A stretch of 64,000 nt of DNA from an uncultured Gemmatimonadales bacterium (lineage in GTDB: Bacteria > Gemmatimonadota > Gemmatimonadetes > Gemmatimonadales > Gemmatimonadaceae), in NCBI GenBank assembly GCA_963851265.1, contig CAWKNZ010000003.1, positions 1 through 64,000 on the forward strand, written 5' to 3'. Below are positions 9,824-20,093 of this stretch, one piece after another; the stretch's first letter is position 1; every line of letters begins with the position of its first letter. Under the pieces are notes generated by a model. The model was not told where the DNA came from and did not search any database. It worked only from the letters and a program-made list of their open reading frames with translations. A program made the translations under genes and the position numbers.

Positions 9824-10644
9824 CAGGCTTTCAGCAGGAAGGGGATGACCTTCTTGAGTCGGCGACCCCACGCGGCCTCGTTGTGCGCGCCGCCCGCGGC
9901 GATCACCGTCCTGAGCGTGTCGCCCTCGTGGTAGCCCTTTCGCTGCAGCAGGTCGCGCAGCAGGCGGACGTTGTGCACCGTGCGCACGCCCTCGGCCGTG
10001 CCGACGTCGAGCCAGATGCGCCCGCGCGGCGCGTCGGCGGCTTCGACGAAGGGGAGGATGGCGCGGTTGGCGAACCAGAGCGCCGGACTCATGATGCCGC
10101 ACATGCGGAAGGCGTGCGGCGCGCGAAAGAACGCGTACGCGCTCACCAGGCCGCCCATCGACGAGCCGAGCACGCCGGTGGCCGCGGGCTCCGGGCGCGT
10201 GCGGAACTGCGCGTCGATCACCGGCTTGAGGGTGTGCAGCAGGAAGTCGACGTACCGGTCCGCGGTGCCGCCGCCGCCGACGCGCTCGTCGAAGAACGGC
10301 GAGTACTCGTCGATGCGCGAGCCGCCGGTGTTGGCGACCCCGACGACGATGGCCTCGTAGCCGAGGCGCGCGGCCGTTTGCATGGCGAGGTCGACGCGCC
10401 ACGCCCCGGAGAAGCTGAGCGCGGGGTCGAACAGGTTCTGCCCGTCGTGCATGTAGATCACGGGGTAGCGCGCGTCGGGCGCGCCGAGCCCGTAGGACGG
10501 GGGCAGGTAGACGTAGACGTCGCGGTGGTTGTGCAGCTCGGGGGAGTGCACGTCGCGCAGCACGGCCATCGCGCCCGGCGCGGCCGGGCGCCGCGCGAAG
10601 CGACTGCGCCGGCGCTGGGCCGCCGGCTCCAGCGCGTCGGTCAC
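9823..10644 (-). CDS. Putative esterase (alpha/beta hydrolase, IroE/Fes-like)
   Basis: VYLPPSY, YPVIYMHDGQNLFD, GSSMGG, HNEAAW. GTG start overlaps the upstream stop (GTGA). Confidence 0.88.
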   Translation of the reverse strand: MTDALEPAAQRRRSRFARRPAAPGAMAVLRDVHSPELHNHRDVYVYLPPSYGLGAPDARYPVIYMHDGQNLFDPALSFSGAWRVDLAMQTAARLGYEAIVVGVANTGGSRIDEYSPFFDERVGGGGTADRYVDFLLHTLKPVIDAQFRTRPEPAATGVLGSSMGGLVSAYAFFRAPHAFRMCGIMSPALWFANRAILPFVEAADAPRGRIWLDVGTAEGVRTVHNVRLLRDLLQRKGYHEGDTLRTVIAAGGAHNEAAWGRRLKKVIPFLLKA

Positions 10645-11858
10645 GCGGCGTAGAGCCGCAAGTCGGTGCCGACCGCGTCGGCCATGTCGAACAGCGTTTG
10701 CTTGTCGGGGTGGCGTACGGTGACGTAGCCGTCGGAGATGAGCGTCAGCACCCAGTCGCGGCGCGACGCCCCGACGGGGAGCAGGTCGACGCCGACGACC
10801 GCCGAGCCGAACCGGCGGTACAGGTCGTCGAGCCCGTCGATGCGCACGATGCGCCCCTGCCCCTCCGCGCGCTTGAAAATGTTGGCCACGTAGTACGCGC
10901 GCGACGGCACCTGGGAGAACGTCCCCTTCAACTCGGCCTCGGCGTAGCCGCCGAAGAGGTCGATGTCGGAGTTGTAGTTCATCAGGTCGACCGTGCGCGC
11001 GCCCGCCGGCCGCGCCGCGATCTCGCCGAAGACCACCTCGCCGTCGCTCTTGCGATACCACTCCATGTGCGTGAAGCCGGTCTGGAACCCCAGCGCCGCG
11101 AGCACGTCGTGGCCCTGCTGCACGCCGTCCTTCACCCACTCCGTGTCGATGTCGCGGAGCGAGAGCGTCTGCGGCGAGATCCACTCGAGCGTGCGCGCGA
11201 CGAGCGGGCGCGGGCGGTAGTAGCCGACGTGCTCGTAGAGGACGCTGCCGCCGGCGCAGACCGTGTCGTACGTGAACTCCTCGGCGTCGATGAACTCCTC
11301 GACGTTCACGGTCGCGACGTGGCCGAGGCGCTTGAGCGCGGCCTCGAGCTCGGCGGCGTCGTCGACGCGGAACGTGTCCATCGAGCCCGCGCCGTCGATG
11401 GGCTTGATGATCGCGGGGTAGCCGACGGCCTCGACGCCCTCGCGCACCTCGGCGGCGGTGGTCGCGCGGCGGTGGTAGGGCACGCGGACGCCGGCCGCGG
11501 CGACGGCCTGCTTCATCAGGTCCTTGTCGCGGAACAGGCGCGCCTGCTCGACGCCCATACCGGGAACGCCTAACGCCTCGCGCAGGCGCGCGGCGAGGAT
11601 CACGCCGGGCTCCCAGAGGCAGACCACGCGGTCGAAGGTGACGCGGCCCGCGGAGGCGCGCTGCACGGCGGCGACCGCGCCGGCCTCGTCGCGGATGTCG
11701 GCCTGGACGTAGCCCGAGAGGTGGTGGCGGGTCATCTCGGGGAGCTGCGACTCGGCGACGTCGCTCAGGCCGAAGACGCGCGCGCCCTGCCGCGCGAGGC
11801 CGCGCACGAAGAGCGGCATCTCGTCGGGGTACCCGGGGGCGATGAAGAGGACGTTCAT
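10641..11858 (-). CDS. ATP-grasp ligase (L-amino-acid ligase-like)
   Basis: FRDKDLMK, IIKPIDGAGS, VEEFI, FTHMEWY, GEIAARP. Confidence 0.92.
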   Translation of the reverse strand: MNVLFIAPGYPDEMPLFVRGLARQGARVFGLSDVAESQLPEMTRHHLSGYVQADIRDEAGAVAAVQRASAGRVTFDRVVCLWEPGVILAARLREALGVPGMGVEQARLFRDKDLMKQAVAAAGVRVPYHRRATTAAEVREGVEAVGYPAIIKPIDGAGSMDTFRVDDAAELEAALKRLGHVATVNVEEFIDAEEFTYDTVCAGGSVLYEHVGYYRPRPLVARTLEWISPQTLSLRDIDTEWVKDGVQQGHDVLAALGFQTGFTHMEWYRKSDGEVVFGEIAARPAGARTVDLMNYNSDIDLFGGYAEAELKGTFSQVPSRAYYVANIFKRAEGQGRIVRIDGLDDLYRRFGSAVVGVDLLPVGASRRDWVLTLISDGYVTVRHPDKQTLFDMADAVGTDLRLYAA

Positions 11859-11882
11859 GGGCGTGTGGTAGGGGGGCACGCG

Positions 11883-13109
11883 TTAGGCGAGTTCGACCCG
11901 CACGGTCGAGACGATCTCCGAGAGCGCCCGCTCGACCGCCGCGGTCTCGGGGTGGCGCACGAGGATCCAGCCGTCGCCCTCGTAGCTCGGGCGCGCGCCG
12001 AAGCCGGCGTGGGGCAGCTGCACGTCGGTGACGAGCGCGCGCGTCTGCTCCGAGAGGCGGTCGAGGCCGTGCGTGGCGCGGATCACGCCGCCCGCGCGGC
12101 CCTGCGCGCGGAGGAACGCCACGCCCGCGGCGTACTTGCGCGCGGGCGGGTCGAACGCGCCCTCGACCATGAGCCGCGCCCACGAGCGCACGAAGTCGGT
12201 GTCGGTGCTGCGCGAGACGAGCGTGGTGATCTGTGCGCCGGGCGGGCGGGCGGCGACCTCGCTCACCGCGACCGAGCCGTCGCGCCGGCGGAACCACTCC
12301 ATGTGCGTGAGGCCGGTGGTCATGCCTAACGCCGCGAGCGCCTCGTCGCCGACCCGCCTCGCGTCGTCGTACCGCGGGTCGTCGGCCTCGCGCGGCAGCA
12401 CGACGCACCACTGGATCCAGGGGTTCCGCACCGCGTCGAGCGGCGTCGGGTGGTAGCGCGTGAGCGAATGCCACACCGGGCGCCCGCCGACCGAGACGGT
12501 CTCGAGGGAGTGCTCCTCGCCGACGATGAACTCCTCGAGCAGCACGGGGTCGCCCGGCGCCGGGGGCGCGGCGGCCAGCGCGTCGGCCAGCTCGCCGTCG
12601 CTCGTCGCGCGAAAGGTCGCGACCGAGCCGGCGCCCGCGGGCGGCTTCACCACGACGGGGTAGCCGACGTGCGCGGCGAACGCCGCCGCCTCGGCCGGCG
12701 TCTCCGCGAGCGCGTGCCGCGCGCACGGCACCCCGGCGGCGCGCAGGATGTCCTTCATCCGCGCCTTGTCGCGAAAGTTGAGCGCGGTCTCGACGGGCAG
12801 GCCGTCGATGCCGAGCCGCGCGCGCAGCTGGGCGAGCGGGACCTGGAGCTGCTCGTACGCGCCGAACAGGCGATCCGGCGCGCCGATGCGGGCGCCGATC
12901 GCCTCGACCGCTCCGGCGAGCTGCTCGAGGTCGAGCACGTCGTCGACGCGCCAGTGCTGAGCCACGGCGCCGCGCACGTCGTCCGGCGCGTTGTCCAGCG
13001 GGTCCTGCGAGACCACGCCGAGCCGCACGTCGGGGAGCGAGGCGGTGGCCGTCACCATGCGGGCGGCACTGGGCGTGAGGTACGGCGCGGCGAAGATGAC
13101 CGTTGGCAT
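11883..13109 (-). CDS. ATP-grasp ligase (L-amino-acid ligase-like), paralogue of the downstream gene
   Basis: FRDKARMK, VVKPPAGAGS, LEEFI, THMEWF, EVAARPPG. Confidence 0.92.
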   Translation of the reverse strand: MPTVIFAAPYLTPSAARMVTATASLPDVRLGVVSQDPLDNAPDDVRGAVAQHWRVDDVLDLEQLAGAVEAIGARIGAPDRLFGAYEQLQVPLAQLRARLGIDGLPVETALNFRDKARMKDILRAAGVPCARHALAETPAEAAAFAAHVGYPVVVKPPAGAGSVATFRATSDGELADALAAAPPAPGDPVLLEEFIVGEEHSLETVSVGGRPVWHSLTRYHPTPLDAVRNPWIQWCVVLPREADDPRYDDARRVGDEALAALGMTTGLTHMEWFRRRDGSVAVSEVAARPPGAQITTLVSRSTDTDFVRSWARLMVEGAFDPPARKYAAGVAFLRAQGRAGGVIRATHGLDRLSEQTRALVTDVQLPHAGFGARPSYEGDGWILVRHPETAAVERALSEIVSTVRVELA

Positions 13110-13217
13110 GGCGCGTTCCTGACCGGGCGGGACTGGCGGACCTGGCGAATGTAGCGCGCTCGGGCTTCGCCTCCCCGCGCGCCGTAGCAGGTCCGTTCCG
13201 CACCGGACGTGCCGCGG

Positions 13218-15437
13218 CTACATGAGGTCGTCCAGTTCGCGCCAGCCGCGGGCGGAGAATCCGAGTCGCCACGCCACCGGCGAGAGCTGCTGTCGGGCCG
13301 CGTCGGGGAGCGTGCGCCCGATGCGGTGGATCGCCGTCTGCGCGTCGAACGGCGTGCCCGCCCCGGCCGCCTCCGCGAGATCGGCCAACCCCAGCACGCG
13401 CGCGACGGCCGCCCCAGCCGCGGCGGCGATCGGACCGCGCAGTCCGAGCGCAGACTCGTCGCCGGCCGACTCACGCAGCACCTCACCGAGCGCCTCGATC
13501 GCGCGCACGAGCGCAGCGCTCGCGAGGTCGCGCAGCTTGGCCTCGCCCGCGGCGAGTCGTTCGCGGTCCTCGGCGTCGAGCAGCCGCTGCACCACGGCGC
13601 GACGGAGTGCGAGCTCCACGCACGAGCGCGCCGGTTCGGGCAGATCGGTCAGCTTCAGTGCCGCACCGAGCGCATCGGCGAACGCGGGACGCGCCCCGGG
13701 AGCGCCGGGCACCGGGCGGACGAGGATCGTCACCCCCCGGGGGTCCACGTCCGACAGGCGGAACGCCCGGCCGGCGACCACGCCGGGGCTCGGCACGTCG
13801 ACGATCACCGCGTACGTGCTCCCCGTGCAGAGTCGGCGGTCGTGGACGTGAACGACCGGACCGCCCGGCGCGCCGGCGTCCACGTCCGCGTGCCACGTGG
13901 GTGGCGTGCTCTCCCGCGCTCCGACGGCTGCGACCGCCGCGACCCCCGCGGCCACGCGCACGGCGAGCGGCGGGTCGGCGGGCGCCAGGCGCTGGAGGAT
14001 CATGCGCGCCGAGCCAGCCGAGGCGTGCGTCCCGACGGCGACGCTGAGCGCACGACGCAGCCGGTCCAACACGGCGTCGCGGCGCGGGCCGGCCAGCATG
14101 GCCGCCCGCGCCGCTCGGGCGAGTATCGTGAGCGCGGCCGGGTCCGAGAGGTCGTCCGCGCCGAGGCCGTCGGCGTCGAACATCGCGAGCGTCTCGCGCG
14201 ACATCTCGAGGAGTTCACGCGCCCACACCGGGTCGGACGTGCTCGGAACGCATCCGCCGGCGAGTTCGCAGCTGTCCCCCGGCCCGCGGGCGTCGGGTAC
14301 GACGCTGTTGTAGGCATCGCGAACCGCATCCGCCCCGCCCCGCACGTTCGCGAACAGGATGGCCCCGTCGGCCGCGAAACGTTCGTCGAGTGCGCCGCGC
14401 AACTCCTGCAGGGCGGCGACGAGCGGCGCGCGCCACCCCTGCTCGGTCGACGGATCGCGCCGGCAACCGCACTCGGTCTGCCACCGGCCGAGCGCGTGCG
14501 GACAACTCCACGCCGTACGGTCGTGCACGCCGATCTCGTCCGTGGCCGGGTCGGCGGCGAGAACGGCGGCGTAGTTGGTGATCGCCGTCGGCGCACGCCG
14601 GAGTCCGTCGGCGCCGGTGCTCGGGTACTCGAGCGCGTCGATGGCGGCAGCGAGCGCCATGTCGCCGAAGCGGTGGTGCATGCCGAAGGTCTCGGCGGTG
14701 GCGGCGATGGCGACGAGCGGGTTCGCCGCGTCATGTTCGTCGAGTCGCGCCCGCATCCGGTCTGCCCATCCGCAGCCGTCGCGCAGCAGCGCGCCGAACG
14801 CCACGTCATGCGCGATGTCGGCGTCGTAGGTGCAGAGCGCGATCTCGCGCCCGGCGTCGCTGCGGTAGAGACCCGGGCGGCCCGCAGGCGGGAGGCCGTC
14901 GAGCTGGTGCGGCGCGAGGAGCGTGAACCGCACACCCTCCTGCGCGAGGACGTCGAGCGTCTCGTCGTCGACGGCCGTCTCGGGGAGCCACATCCCTTCG
15001 GCGGGGCGGCCGAAGTGGCGCGCGAAGTCGGCGAGTCCCCATCGGACTTCGGTGACCTTGTCGCGCCGCGTGAGGAGCGGCAGGACGATGTGATGGTAGG
15101 GGTGCGCGATGGCGTTGCCGCGCCCGAGGCGCTGTTCGCTCGCCCGGTCGGCCGCGAGAATCGCGTCGTAGGTGGCGGGCGCCGACCGCGCGAGCCACGC
15201 GAGCAGCGTCGGGGCGACGTCGAAGCTCGTGCGCGCGAGCGTGTCGACGATGCGGCGCACGCGGCCGTCCGCGTCGGTCACGCGCGCGGCGACGAGGGCG
15301 CGATAGCACGTGCGCTCGGCGCGCGCGTACACGTCGTGGTCCGGGGCCGCGTCGGCTTCGCGCGGCAGGTGGCCGAGCCAGGGGTCTACCCGCGGCGGCT
15401 GGTGCAGGTGCAGATGGAAGATGGCGGCCGGGGGCAT
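13218..15437 (-). CDS. GH57-family / DUF3536 protein, probably catalytically degenerate
   Basis: HLHQPPR.DPW, HIVLPL, GMWLPETAVD, WSCPH...RW..CGC, WRAPL. The usual TDGET reads ATAET. Confidence 0.82.
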   Translation of the reverse strand: MPPAAIFHLHLHQPPRVDPWLGHLPREADAAPDHDVYARAERTCYRALVAARVTDADGRVRRIVDTLARTSFDVAPTLLAWLARSAPATYDAILAADRASEQRLGRGNAIAHPYHHIVLPLLTRRDKVTEVRWGLADFARHFGRPAEGMWLPETAVDDETLDVLAQEGVRFTLLAPHQLDGLPPAGRPGLYRSDAGREIALCTYDADIAHDVAFGALLRDGCGWADRMRARLDEHDAANPLVAIAATAETFGMHHRFGDMALAAAIDALEYPSTGADGLRRAPTAITNYAAVLAADPATDEIGVHDRTAWSCPHALGRWQTECGCRRDPSTEQGWRAPLVAALQELRGALDERFAADGAILFANVRGGADAVRDAYNSVVPDARGPGDSCELAGGCVPSTSDPVWARELLEMSRETLAMFDADGLGADDLSDPAALTILARAARAAMLAGPRRDAVLDRLRRALSVAVGTHASAGSARMILQRLAPADPPLAVRVAAGVAAVAAVGARESTPPTWHADVDAGAPGGPVVHVHDRRLCTGSTYAVIVDVPSPGVVAGRAFRLSDVDPRGVTILVRPVPGAPGARPAFADALGAALKLTDLPEPARSCVELALRRAVVQRLLDAEDRERLAAGEAKLRDLASAALVRAIEALGEVLRESAGDESALGLRGPIAAAAGAAVARVLGLADLAEAAGAGTPFDAQTAIHRIGRTLPDAARQQLSPVAWRLGFSARGWRELDDLM

Positions 15438-15539
15438 GGCGACAGCAGGGGCGACGATCAGGGTGAAATCGCAGAGTGGCGGACTGCGTGGTCGCGAGGA
15501 TGACTGGCGACCCGGGCGCGATGAAACAGCGCGCCCGCG

Positions 15540-16124
15540 TCAGTCGAGGGCGGCGACGGTCTGCGTAGTCGACGGCGTACCGGCCGAGGCGCCGGCGACT
15601 GTCGCGCCCGCGGAGGCGATCGCGTCCGGGGCGGGAAGCGTCACGCCGGCCTTCGCCGCTCGAAGTGCGAGCACGTCGGGGTCGCGGAGCGACCGGAGCA
15701 TCGCGTCGGCCGCGCGATTCTGGAGATACCGGCCGCGCTCCCACCCTTCGACGACGCCTTTCGGAACGCCGTAGAGCAGCTCGCCGAGCTGACTGGTCGT
15801 GATGCCGAGTTCCTCCCGCAGGCGGCGGATGTCGCGCGGGGTGAGCAGGCCGTTCGCGTCGCGCATGCGCGTGACCGCGTCGCGTTCGGCGGATTCGCGC
15901 TGTTCGACCGTGCGCTGCTCGTCTCCACAGACGGCGCACCGGTACATCTCGCGCTCGACTTCGGCCTGCATTCCACTCAGGCGCACCGTGATGCGCTCCG
16001 CCGCGCGCTGATAGCGCCCGCCGCAGAATCGGTGCAGGTGGCCGTCGAGGAGGTGGTCGCCGGTCACGCGGCGCGCGCGGTGGTTGTGGTGCGGCGAGAC
16101 ATGGGCACGAAGATAATCGCCCAC
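15540..16124 (-). CDS. MqsA-like zinc-ribbon + XRE HTH protein (start uncertain)
   Basis: HRFC...CAVCG metal motif, LLTPRDIRRLREELG, WERG HTH features. Confidence 0.8.
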   Translation of the reverse strand: MGDYLRAHVSPHHNHRARRVTGDHLLDGHLHRFCGGRYQRAAERITVRLSGMQAEVEREMYRCAVCGDEQRTVEQRESAERDAVTRMRDANGLLTPRDIRRLREELGITTSQLGELLYGVPKGVVEGWERGRYLQNRAADAMLRSLRDPDVLALRAAKAGVTLPAPDAIASAGATVAGASAGTPSTTQTVAALD

Positions 16125-16208
16125 GTGGCCGCTCCCCGACCGCCGGCCACGCCCGCGCCCGTCGTGCCGGCGCCCCTCGTGGGGAGAGTGTGCCGCGGGG
16201 GCGTGCGG

Positions 16209-16574
16209 TTACGCCGCGCGCGGCAGCGCGCGGGCGCGCGCGACGACGGTGGCCAACGCGCGTACGACGCGCTCGTCGCCCTCGCGGAGCAGGGCGGCGA
16301 GGATGTGCTTGCACACCTGATCGCGCCACACGTGATCACCGCAATCGCAGCGCGGGTGCGCCGCCGTCACGAGGTCGACCCAGTGGTCGCCCGCGCCGCC
16401 GCTGACGCGGTAACGCCCTTCGGCGACGCGTTCGGCCGCGAGCTCGAGCCCGCGCTCGAGCCGATCGAGGTCGACCGCGTCGGCCCCGTCGATCTGCACG
16501 AGCGGCGCCGTCCGGGCGCGTCCGATGCTCGCCACCTGTCCTGCGCCACTCGTCGTCCGTCCGTCCGTCTGCAT
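16209..16574 (-). CDS. Small SWIM zinc-finger protein
   Basis: CDCGD-x7-CKH SWIM motif preceded by YRVSGG..HWVDL. Confidence 0.8.
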   Translation of the reverse strand: MQTDGRTTSGAGQVASIGRARTAPLVQIDGADAVDLDRLERGLELAAERVAEGRYRVSGGAGDHWVDLVTAAHPRCDCGDHVWRDQVCKHILAALLREGDERVVRALATVVARARALPRAA

Positions 16575-16728
16575 CGCCAGTCTCCGCTCCCCGTCCGTCC
16601 AACTAACGCGTTTCAGTACAACGACTTACCGGAATGATACCCGTGCCGTTGGCGAGAGTTCGCCGAACCGTTTCGAGTGGTCACGGCGGGCGCGACGCGG
16701 TGGCCTGCCGTTCGCAAGCGGAAGCGGC

Positions 16729-16935
16729 ATGACCGACGATCTCTCTGACCCGCGCCCGTCGCCGCGTGCGGCGCCGCCGATCGCACCGCCGGCGGCCGAC
16801 GATGCGTCGTCCGCGACCGATCAGCCCACGGACGCGTCGCCCGCCGCCGACGCCCGAACCCCCACCGAGTACACCGAGGCGCCCGGAAGCCACCGACGTC
16901 CGGGCGACGGCGCGGCGCTCGACGTGGGCGGATGA
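16729..16935 (+). CDS. Possible small acidic, disordered protein
   Basis: 68-codon ORF whose stop overlaps the next ATG (ATGA). Confidence 0.35.
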   Translation: MTDDLSDPRPSPRAAPPIAPPAADDASSATDQPTDASPAADARTPTEYTEAPGSHRRPGDGAALDVGG

Positions 16936-17546
16936 CGGGCCACCAGCCGATCGCGTTGCGGGTCGCGTCACGATTGGCGGTGAGCGCGCGAGCGGCCAGC
17001 GCGCTGACCGCGGGAGCGCTGGTGATAGCCGGGTGTGGCGGCGGTCGCGATGCGTCGCAGGCGTCCGAGTCCGCCAGGGCATCGCGCGCTGGGACCGGCG
17101 CTGGACCCGCGACGGGCGGCGGCGCGGCGGGCGCACACGCGGCCTCTGGTGCCGCGCGCTGTCCGCACGACGGGCGCTGGCGGGTGTGCAGCCTCGTCGA
17201 CCGCCTGGACAAGGCCGGCCTCGTGCCGCGCGTGGACACCACCGCGCCGGCCGAACATCTCGCGTTCCTGCATGCGCCGGGCACGGTCGTGCACCTCGGG
17301 CTCGGCGAGTTGCACACGTTCGTCTACGACGACACGGCCGCGCTGGCGCGGGACGTCGCCGGACTCGACACCGTGCGCGTGGTGCCGCGGGGCGGCACGT
17401 ATGCCTGGTCGGCCACGCCGACGTTCGTGCGCTCGGCGAATCTGCTGGCCGTGCTCCTCACGCCCAACGAGCGGCAGATCGAACGCATTCAGCTCGCGCT
17501 CGAAGCCGGCCCGCCGCAGCCGGGAGGCGCACCCGCCTCGCAGTGA
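16932..17546 (+). CDS. Hypothetical lipoprotein
   Basis: Signal peptide with VIAGC lipobox, linker, then a compact C-terminal domain. Confidence 0.7.
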   Translation: MTGHQPIALRVASRLAVSARAASALTAGALVIAGCGGGRDASQASESARASRAGTGAGPATGGGAAGAHAASGAARCPHDGRWRVCSLVDRLDKAGLVPRVDTTAPAEHLAFLHAPGTVVHLGLGELHTFVYDDTAALARDVAGLDTVRVVPRGGTYAWSATPTFVRSANLLAVLLTPNERQIERIQLALEAGPPQPGGAPASQ

Positions 17547-17764
17547 CGGGCGCGTCACGCACCTGAGGTCGGTCGTGCGCGACGAGCGCGCAAACAACCG
17601 CGTTGTGCAATTCTGGACGCGTCGAAGGCGCGCCACAGGCGCGGCGGCTGCGTGGTGCGTGCTCGACAGTGCACATTCTGCACGATGACGGGTAGCTTGG
17701 ACGTGCCAATCCAGTGCGGCGGCTCAGCCGTCGCTGCTTCGTCATTCCCTGCCCCTGCCTCTTC

Positions 17765-20029
<2,265 letters not shown>

Positions 20030-20049
20030 CCGGGCGAGCTGCCTAACGG

Positions 20050-20091
20050 ACGGAACGGGCGGGGCTCGGTTGAGCCCCGCCCGTTCCGTTT
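20050..20091. terminator. Intrinsic, probably bidirectional terminator
   Basis: Perfect 18-bp stem ACGGAACGGGCGGGGCTC-GGTT-GAGCCCCGCCCGTTCCGT followed by TT, between convergent genes. Confidence 0.85.
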
Positions 20092-20093
20092 GC

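Noticed and set aside
9823..13272. 1149-aa ORF as a giant fusion protein
   Set aside because: Only the last about 273 codons look like protein (esterase). The rest is an Arg-rich shadow frame over two ATP-grasp genes.
17694..17709. Sigma54-like box near glnN
   Set aside because: Wrong strand for glnN, and the GC is displaced by one base.
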